64,000 nt of DNA, taken from assembly GCA_035623755.1 (NCBI GenBank), contig DASPSV010000032.1, positions 10,765 to 74,764 on the forward strand, written 5' to 3'. The translations under genes were made by a program, and so were the position numbers. Below are positions 50,435 through 56,936 of this stretch, one piece after another (the stretch's first letter is position 1; each line of letters starts with the position of its first letter). Source of the DNA: Gemmatimonadales bacterium. GTDB taxonomy: Bacteria > Gemmatimonadota > Gemmatimonadetes > Gemmatimonadales > JACORV01. Under the pieces are notes generated by a model, which saw only the letters and a list, made by a program, of their open reading frames with translations, did no database searches and had not been told where the DNA came from.

Positions 50435-51232
50435 ATGATGCGCGGAACGGTTCTGCTCGTGTCCCTCATCGTCGCCGGTGGCGTACGGTCGTCGCTCGAG
50501 GCCCAGAAGGCGCCGCCGTCGTCCACCCAGCATCCGGCTCAGCCCGCCACGCAGCCCCCCGCGGCCCAGCCGACGGCGACGGCCCCGGCGAATCCGCAGC
50601 CCGTCACGCCGCAGTCCACGAGACCCGCTCCGACCCCGGCGGCGGCGCCGAGCTACACGGCAGGGCTGGCGATGGCCGCGTACGCCGGCAGCACGCAGCA
50701 GGAGGCGCTGGACTACGCGGCGCGCCTGGGGCGCATGCTCGATTCCACGATCGTGACGCTGGTCTCCACGTTCCGGAACACGTCGGGACAGCCGATGATC
50801 GGTGCGAGCAGTCCGGCGAGCCTGTCGCAGCGGGAGCGCGACCGCTGGACCCGCTGCCGGAACGTATACTGGGACCTCACCACCTACGCGTCGGCGATGG
50901 ATCCGCTGCGGCAGGCCCTCGGATCGGATCCGGCGCTCCAGCGGGCGGTGGCCGACCTGGACTCGGCGTTCGACCGGAGCGTGGCCACCGTCGAGTGCGA
51001 CAACGTGGCGAGCATGATCGACGCGCCGGACCGGTGGACGCCGTGGGCGGACCAGTACGAGTCGGCGGCCCGCCACTTCTACCGCGACTTCTACGCCCAG
51101 GTCCGGGACGTCCACGAGAAGGACCGGGCCCTGGTCAACGAGCTGAACCGGTTCCTCGGCTCGGGGCACCGCGTCACTCCTCCGCCTGCGCTGCCGCCGA
51201 ATCCGCCTTTCGCGGGCGCCGCACCCGGCTGA
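50435..51232 (+). CDS. Secreted hypothetical protein with a Pro/Gln/Thr-rich linker
   Basis: Start reset to MMRGTVLLVSLIVAGG (signal) within ORF 50366..51232. No family recognised. Confidence 0.55.
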   Translation: MMRGTVLLVSLIVAGGVRSSLEAQKAPPSSTQHPAQPATQPPAAQPTATAPANPQPVTPQSTRPAPTPAAAPSYTAGLAMAAYAGSTQQEALDYAARLGRMLDSTIVTLVSTFRNTSGQPMIGASSPASLSQRERDRWTRCRNVYWDLTTYASAMDPLRQALGSDPALQRAVADLDSAFDRSVATVECDNVASMIDAPDRWTPWADQYESAARHFYRDFYAQVRDVHEKDRALVNELNRFLGSGHRVTPPPALPPNPPFAGAAPG

Positions 51233-51466
51233 TCCCGCGCCCGGGCCGCCGCGGCGGCGTCCGGGCCCTCCCCGATTCGCATCGACGACCACCGACGCGG
51301 GGTTGCGCCGCGGCGCCGCGCACGCGCCAAGCGCAAGCGTCCACACGGAATTCCATTCCACATGTCGACATCGTGGGGAAAGGCGGCGGAACTCCTTCGC
51401 CCCAGCGCGGTTGGAGTCCACATCCACCGCACATGAAAATGGCGTAACCCGAAGCAAATCCGGCAC

Positions 51467-51494
51467 TTGCATTGCGATCGGACGACGGTATATT
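51467..51494 (+). promoter_or_regulatory. Sigma70-like promoter candidate for the putative ncRNA
   Basis: TTGCAT-N16-TATATT. The -10 element sits in the loop of the inverted repeat GACGACGG/CCGTCGTC. Confidence 0.35.
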
Positions 51495-51499
51495 CGCAC

Positions 51500-51924
51500 C
51501 GTCGTCGGCGGGGAAGGGATCGGGCTCTGCTTGGTCTACGCCTGCTGACGGGCCCGAGCGACAGCTTGGGGGAGGGCGCCGATGCAAACAAGGGCACAGG
51601 CGCCCGTCGATCCCAGGGCACCCGTTGACTCGGGTAGGTGAGGCCAATCGCGCGCCTCACTCCACCTCGCCATGGCGCAGCGGGGTGCACTGCGAGAGGC
51701 TGGTACGCGATCCGGCCGGACTCGAAGCGCTCGGAGAGGTGAACCACGTGGCGCGGCCACGCTGCGTGGGGATCGAAGCCGGAGCTTCTGGCAGCCCTAC
51801 CGGGACCCTGACAACAGACAACCGGTGGCTGGTGGAAGAAAAACGGAGGAGCGATCCTCCGGCTCCGGGTAGCCACTTCGGCGACGGCCCGACTGGGGAG
51901 ACCCAGGCGGGCCGTCGTGTTTTC
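51500..51924 (+). ncRNA. Candidate structured non-coding RNA, class unknown
   Basis: Bounded by a TTGCAT-N16-TATATT promoter-like element and a 14-bp GAGA-loop hairpin plus U-tract. Dense nested GC helices with GNRA loops, and no ORF with genome-like codon bias. See finding 1. Confidence 0.35.
51883..51924 (+). terminator. Rho-independent terminator
   Basis: GACGGCCCGACTGGG-GAGA-CCCAGGCGGGCCGTC (14 bp, one A/G mismatch) followed by GTGTTTTC. A second hairpin CCGCCGCC-CGACCC-GGCGGCGG follows at 51930-51951. Confidence 0.7.
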
Positions 51925-51957
51925 GGCGTCCGCCGCCCGACCCGGCGGCGGTGACGA

Positions 51958-52596
51958 TCAGTCTTCCCGGGAGCTTCCGAGCTCGACGTACGCCCAGCCG
52001 CGGCTGCGGCGCTCGCCGAGCGTGGTGGGCGGGAACAGGAAGCCGGCGCCCGTGGTGGCGAACCACGCGGCGTGCAGGTGGTCGGCGCCCTCCGGCACGG
52101 GACCCTTGAACAGCTCCAGCAGCCAGCGTCGCACGTGCTCGAGCTCCGGGGCACGCGCCGCGAAGAGCGCGATGACGGCGCCGCGGCCCTGCGTGGTGAC
52201 GAGGAAGTGCGCGATGGCGTTCCAGCGCTCGGCGAACTCGTAGCCGAGGACGTACGCCTCGTCCACGACCGGGGTGCCGTCCACGGGCGTCTTCTGCGGC
52301 GCCTCGATCCGCGGGCCCAGAAAGCGGTAGACCGGCTTGTCGTCGACGACTCGCTCGATGACGGCCACCCCCGTCTCGGCCGCGAACCAGGCCGCGTGGA
52401 GGCGGTCGGACGGCTGGAACAGCCCCGTCTCCCCCGTCCACTGCAGCACCGCGAGGGCGTGGTAGAGCGGGCAGCCCGCGCTGTCGTCCACGGTGATGAG
52501 GCGGGGCGCCGTGCCCGCGGCGCGCAGGAACGCCGCGAGCGCGTCCGCACGCTCCGCGAACTCCTCGTCGGTGCGCCGGTCGCTCACCGGGGCCAT
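51958..52596 (-). CDS. Hypothetical protein with an internal ~85-aa duplication
   Basis: 212 aa. Both halves run ER..A.A.FL ... LHAAWFA (DRLHAAWFAAETG and DHLHAAWFATTGAG). High GC3. Confidence 0.55.
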   Translation of the reverse strand: MAPVSDRRTDEEFAERADALAAFLRAAGTAPRLITVDDSAGCPLYHALAVLQWTGETGLFQPSDRLHAAWFAAETGVAVIERVVDDKPVYRFLGPRIEAPQKTPVDGTPVVDEAYVLGYEFAERWNAIAHFLVTTQGRGAVIALFAARAPELEHVRRWLLELFKGPVPEGADHLHAAWFATTGAGFLFPPTTLGERRSRGWAYVELGSSRED

Positions 52597-52647
52597 CCGC
52601 TCAGCGCCCTTCGTCCCGCGCGCCGGCGGGCCTGCGCCGGGTGCGGC

Positions 52648-53613
52648 TCATGAGGTCCCCCGGTACACGCGCCGCCGGTCGAGCGCCCAGATCGGCTTCG
52701 ACACCGCATCGCCCTCGGCGAAATTCGCCGGCTCCCTGATCGCGGCGGCGATGTTCGCGGTGGCCGCCGAGGCGAGATCGGCGTAGTGCAGCACCTCCGC
52801 CTCGAGCGTCATCGGGCGCACCGGGCTGCCGAACTCCAGCTCGCCGTGGTGGCTGAGCACGAGGTGCTGGAGCACCAGGCGCTCGGCGTCGCTCGTGACC
52901 GGGGATTCCGGCTCGTCCAGTCGGCGGTCGAGCATCAGGGAACCCAGCACGACGTGCCCCAGCAGGCTGCCGGCCTCGGTCATCGCGAACAGCCCGTCCC
53001 AGCGGTACGCCTCCAGCTTGCCGACGTCGTGGAGCAGGACGCCCGAGAGCACGAGATCCCAGTTCGCGCCGCACGCCTTGGCCATGGGGCGGGCGATGGC
53101 GCCGACCTCGACGGTGTGCTTGAGCAGGCCGCCCAGCTCGGCGTGGTGGTTGGCGAGCGAGGCCGGGCAGCGCTCGTACCGGGCGCGGAAGTCCGGGTCG
53201 TCGAAGAACAGGGCGACGGCACGGCGCCACGCGCCGTCGGCCATGTCGCCGCGCCACTTCTCGACCGCGCTCCACCACGGCGCGACGTCGCCCACCGACG
53301 GCAGGAGCTGTGCCCAGTCCACCATCTCGCGCGCCACCGGCCTGAGGCCGGTCACCTTCAGCTGCCGGTCGGTGCGGTACATCCCGATCTCGCCGATGAC
53401 GCTGAGCGCGGCGCCTTTCTCGACGCCCTCGACCTTGTGGAGGTCGGAGGTCCAGAACGGCGCGGTCTTCAGCCGGCCCGTGCTGTTGGCGAGGGTGAGG
53501 ATGACGAAGGGATTGCCGTCGGCCTGGGTGCGCTGCTCCACGTCCCACACGAGAAACGTGCCTTCCACGCGGGCGCCGACGACGAGGTCGGGGAGGGAGA
53601 CGGGGGCGGGCAT
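52648..53613 (-). CDS. YhaM-like 3'-5' exoribonuclease (OB-fold plus HD domain)
   Basis: Start reset to M21 (MPAPVSLPDL) of ORF 52648..53673. N-terminal OB fold (GTFLVWDVEQRTQADGNPFVILTLANSTG). HD domain (HHAELGGLLKHT, LLHDVGK, SHHG). Confidence 0.8.
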   Translation of the reverse strand: MPAPVSLPDLVVGARVEGTFLVWDVEQRTQADGNPFVILTLANSTGRLKTAPFWTSDLHKVEGVEKGAALSVIGEIGMYRTDRQLKVTGLRPVAREMVDWAQLLPSVGDVAPWWSAVEKWRGDMADGAWRRAVALFFDDPDFRARYERCPASLANHHAELGGLLKHTVEVGAIARPMAKACGANWDLVLSGVLLHDVGKLEAYRWDGLFAMTEAGSLLGHVVLGSLMLDRRLDEPESPVTSDAERLVLQHLVLSHHGELEFGSPVRPMTLEAEVLHYADLASAATANIAAAIREPANFAEGDAVSKPIWALDRRRVYRGTS

Positions 53614-53627
53614 GTGAGTAATAAAGC

Positions 53628-53698
53628 GGGGGTAGGGTGCAGGGTGTAAGGGTGTGAGCCGGCGCGCCCACACCCTACACCCTACACCCTACACCCCT
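53628..53698. repeat. G-rich heptamer inverted repeat (hairpin or G-quadruplex-capable)
   Basis: Left arm GGGGGTAGGGTGCAGGGTGTAAGGGTGTG, loop AGCCGGCGCGCC, right arm CACACCCTACACCCTACACCCTACACCCC. The right arm contains 3 tandem CTACACC units. Confidence 0.8.
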
Positions 53699-55176
53699 CT
53701 CTTCTTCGGCTCCTTCAACCGGTGCAGGCTCGCGTCCCGGTCGTCGGCCGGCGTCATCCGGCGGATCACCGGCTCGGCCCCGGGCAGCAGGTGCGCGATC
53801 GAGTTGGCGTAGTACTCCAGCAGCGGCCGCTGGCGCGGCATGATGGCCACCGACGCGCCGGTGACCATGACGACGTGCCGCATCCGGAACATCCGGCGGG
53901 CGGTGGCCCACGTCGCCTCGATGGAGCGGTCGGCGCGCACGACCTTGGCGTTCACCTCGAGCAGGCGGTCCCGGAACTCGCGCATCCGCTCGAGCAGCTC
54001 GGGCAGCATGACGACGTGGCGCTCGAAGGAGAGCAGGGCCGCGGAGGCGAGCGCCACCGGCGTGACCGGCACGATGATGCGCACCCGCTCCATCGCGTCG
54101 TCCGCGAGACGCTGGACGTGCGGCAGCCGCGCCTGACGCGGCAGCGCCAGCACGTCGGTGGCCTGGGACGCGAGCCAGCCCCGGACCGACAGCGGGGTGC
54201 CGAAGTTCACCGCCGCCCGCCCGTAGCGCTTGAGGCGGCCGGAGACGAGGCGCGCGGTGTTGAGGAGCAGGTACTGCAGGACGCTGGAGGCCTGGCGCGT
54301 GCGCGAGAGGCGCAGCTCCGGGTCGAGGCACTCCTGGATCAGCACCCGGTCCTCGAGGGTGCGGTCGTAGTTGAGGGCCACCGGCACCAGCCAGATGTCG
54401 CGGTCGAACCCCGGCTCCCGCAGCGTGCCCACGATGTAGTCGAGCAGTCCGATCTTGGCGGGCTGGAGCTTCCCGTCGCGCGAGAGCCCGCCCTCGGGGA
54501 ACAGGCCCTGGGTGACCCCGTTGCGGGTGATGAGCTGGACGTAGCGCTCGAGCACCGCGTGGTAGAGGGGCTCGCGATAGCGGCGCCGGATGAAATACGA
54601 CCCGAACGACTTGAAGATCGTCTCCAGCGGCCAGACGCGGGCCCACTCGCCGACCGCGTAGCTGACCGCGACGCCGCGCGCCAGCACGAACGCCACGACG
54701 ACGTAGTCGGCGTTGGAGCGGTGGTTCATCAGGTAGACGACCACGTCGCGCCGGGGAATGCGCTCCAGCGCGGCCTCGTCCTGATAGTCCACCGTCACGT
54801 TGTAGAGCAGGTTGAGCGTCAGCCGCGCCAGGTTGTAGCCGAGCCGGTAGTAGGAGAGGACGTTGAAGAACGGCAGGATCTCGTCGATGTACCGCTCGAC
54901 CCGGACCCGCACCTCCAGCTCGGTCAGCCGCTCCTGCCGCAGGTGGTCGCGCATCGCCGCCACGACCACGGGGTCGAGCACCAGCTCGTCGTGGATGGCA
55001 CGGCGGGAGACGAGCTTGTAGCGCGCGATGCGCGCCTGGAAGTCGAGCAGGGTGCGGCGTCCCCAGCGGCGCATCCGCCCGCGGAACGCCGCGGTCGCGC
55101 GCCGGGTCAGCCACAGGGTCAGGCCGGCGGCCAGGACGACGGCGAGCGCGAAGAGCAGCCAGTCGAGAGCGCTCAT
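53689..55176 (-). CDS. PlsB-like glycerol-3-phosphate/glycerolipid acyltransferase
   Basis: 495 aa. N-terminal TM helix, HX4D box in YLMNHRSNADYVV, and FPEGGLSRDGK. Confidence 0.8.
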   Translation of the reverse strand: MSALDWLLFALAVVLAAGLTLWLTRRATAAFRGRMRRWGRRTLLDFQARIARYKLVSRRAIHDELVLDPVVVAAMRDHLRQERLTELEVRVRVERYIDEILPFFNVLSYYRLGYNLARLTLNLLYNVTVDYQDEAALERIPRRDVVVYLMNHRSNADYVVVAFVLARGVAVSYAVGEWARVWPLETIFKSFGSYFIRRRYREPLYHAVLERYVQLITRNGVTQGLFPEGGLSRDGKLQPAKIGLLDYIVGTLREPGFDRDIWLVPVALNYDRTLEDRVLIQECLDPELRLSRTRQASSVLQYLLLNTARLVSGRLKRYGRAAVNFGTPLSVRGWLASQATDVLALPRQARLPHVQRLADDAMERVRIIVPVTPVALASAALLSFERHVVMLPELLERMREFRDRLLEVNAKVVRADRSIEATWATARRMFRMRHVVMVTGASVAIMPRQRPLLEYYANSIAHLLPGAEPVIRRMTPADDRDASLHRLKEPKKRGV

Positions 55177-55194
55177 CGGCCGCGCGGCGGGGCG

Positions 55195-56220
55195 TCAGCT
55201 CGCCGGGAGCTGACCCGCGGCCTTCAGCTGTTGGAACGCCATGCCCTTCAGGCGGGTGATGCGCTTCGCCATGGGCGGGTGGGTCGCGAGGAGGTCCGCG
55301 AGCCGCCCGTCCTTCAGGTTGACGTCACGCCCGAGGGGATCCGCGATGCACAGGTGCGCGGCGCCTTCCTTGATGTGGGTGGTCGGCGCCTCGTGGGTCT
55401 CGATCTTCTGGAGCGCCGACGCAAGGGCCCCGGGGTTGCGCGTCAGCTCGGCGCCGGTCGCGTCGGCCAGGTACTCGCGGTCGCGCGAGACGGCCATGGC
55501 CATGATCCGCGAGATGAACGGCGCCAGGATCAGGGTGATCACCCACAGCACGAACACGATCGCCGCGGCGACGAGCAACGGACCGCCGCCTTTGCGGCCC
55601 CGGCCCCCGAGGAGGCTGCCGCTGCCCCGCAGCATCCGCCCCATCCCGTTCGACAGCACCACGATGACCCCGACGAGCGACGCGATCAGCGTCATCAGCC
55701 GGACGTCGAGGTTGCGCACGTGCCCCATCTCGTGCGCGACCACGGCCTGCAGCTCCTCGCGGTTGACCACGGCGAGGAGTCCCGTGGTCACGGCGATGCA
55801 GGCGGTGGTGGCGTCCCGGCCGGTGGCGAAGGCGTTGGGGTCGGGGTCGTCGATGACGTACGTCTTCGGCTTGGGCAGACCGGCCGCGATCGCCATCTCC
55901 TCGACCACGTTGACCAGCTGCTTCTCCTCGAGCGTCTGCGGGGCGACGAGCTCCCGCGCGCCGGTGGACCACAGCACCTGCTGCGGGCCCTTGCGCCACG
56001 ACACCCACGCGACGATCGCGGCGATGCTGGTGACCACCACGCCGATCCAGGGGAACCGGTACGCCACCTGGCCCTCGGTGCGCGAGGCCGCCGCGAGGTA
56101 GAACGCGAGGTCGCCGCCGAAGCCGAGCCAGGCGAAGAACAGGATGAACAGCGCCAGCCAGGCCACCGTCAGCCGGCGGTTCCTGGCCTGCTGCTCGAAG
56201 AGGTTCAGGCCCGCCGTCAC
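55195..56220 (-). CDS. M48-family (HtpX-like) zinc metalloprotease
   Basis: GTG start in a GTGA overlap with lemA. TM helices, and VVAHEMGHVRNLD (HExxH). Confidence 0.85.
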   Translation of the reverse strand: MTAGLNLFEQQARNRRLTVAWLALFILFFAWLGFGGDLAFYLAAASRTEGQVAYRFPWIGVVVTSIAAIVAWVSWRKGPQQVLWSTGARELVAPQTLEEKQLVNVVEEMAIAAGLPKPKTYVIDDPDPNAFATGRDATTACIAVTTGLLAVVNREELQAVVAHEMGHVRNLDVRLMTLIASLVGVIVVLSNGMGRMLRGSGSLLGGRGRKGGGPLLVAAAIVFVLWVITLILAPFISRIMAMAVSRDREYLADATGAELTRNPGALASALQKIETHEAPTTHIKEGAAHLCIADPLGRDVNLKDGRLADLLATHPPMAKRITRLKGMAFQQLKAAGQLPAS

Positions 56221-56792
56221 CCTTGCGGCTTCTGGAGCGAGAGGTCCACCTGCGGTACGGCACCCTCGGCCTTGTCCTCCAGCTCCCACAGCTCCGCGTG
56301 CTCGGCCTTCGCGAGCCCCGCCACCAGGTTGGTCGGGAACTGCTGCTGCTTGGTGTTGTAGCCGGTGGCCACGTCGTTGTAGAGCTGGCGCGCGAACGCG
56401 ATCTTGTTCTCGGTGCTGGACAGCTCCTCCTGGAGGTCGCGCACGTTCTGCGACGACTTCAGGTCGGGATAGCGCTCCATCACCACGAACAGCTTGCCCA
56501 GCGCCCCCGTGAGCGCGCCCTCGGCCGCGGCGGTCTCCCTGACGCCGCCGCCGCTGGCCATGGCCTTCGACCGCGCGTCCACGACCGCCTGCAGGGTGTC
56601 CTTCTCGAAGTTCATCGATCCCTTGACCGTGTTCACCAGGTTCGGGATCAGGTCGTGCCGGCGCTTGAGCTGCACGTCGATCTGCTTCCAGGCGTTCACC
56701 GTCTGGTTCTTGAGGGCGATCAGCCCGTTGTACGCGCTGGCCACCCACACCAGGACGACGACGACCACGATGAGGAAGACGATCAGGCCCAT
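56217..56792 (-). CDS. LemA family protein
   Basis: Start taken at M28 (MGLIVFLIVVV) of ORF 56217..56873. YNGLIALKNQTVNAWKQIDVQLKRRHDLIPNLV, ERYPDLKS. Confidence 0.85.
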   Translation of the reverse strand: MGLIVFLIVVVVVLVWVASAYNGLIALKNQTVNAWKQIDVQLKRRHDLIPNLVNTVKGSMNFEKDTLQAVVDARSKAMASGGGVRETAAAEGALTGALGKLFVVMERYPDLKSSQNVRDLQEELSSTENKIAFARQLYNDVATGYNTKQQQFPTNLVAGLAKAEHAELWELEDKAEGAVPQVDLSLQKPQG

Positions 56793-56936
56793 GATGCCCC
56801 GGTCTCCGGAGAGGTTGCTGCGAATGTGCGGGAGCCGCGGAAAGCTGGCAAGAGCGTGACGGGCGCGATACACTGTGAGGACTTCGGAACATCGGTCACC
56901 GGCGGCCAGGGGAGTTGCCAGACGGCAAGGCGCGCA

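Noticed and set aside
51500-51924. Identity of the candidate RNA as RNase P RNA, tmRNA, SRP/4.5S RNA or a cobalamin riboswitch
   Set aside because: By eye I could not find the expected signatures:
- No GGAAAGUCCGGGC / ACAGAACCCGGCUUA P4 pair in the right order (only a loose ACAACAGACAACCGG).
- No GGGG..UUCGACG 5' end, tRNA-like CCACCA 3' end or ANDxxALAA-type tag frame.
- No GUCAGGUCCGGAAGGAAGCAGC.
- No B12 box, and no downstream gene to regulate.

A covariance-model search is still needed.
51472-51954. 160-aa plus-strand ORF (and the 261-aa minus-strand ORF 51091..51876) as protein genes in the coding desert
   Set aside because: About 30% of codons end in A/T, unlike any convincing gene here. 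The peptides are junk-like, and the region is packed with stable RNA helices and ends in a terminator inside the ORF.
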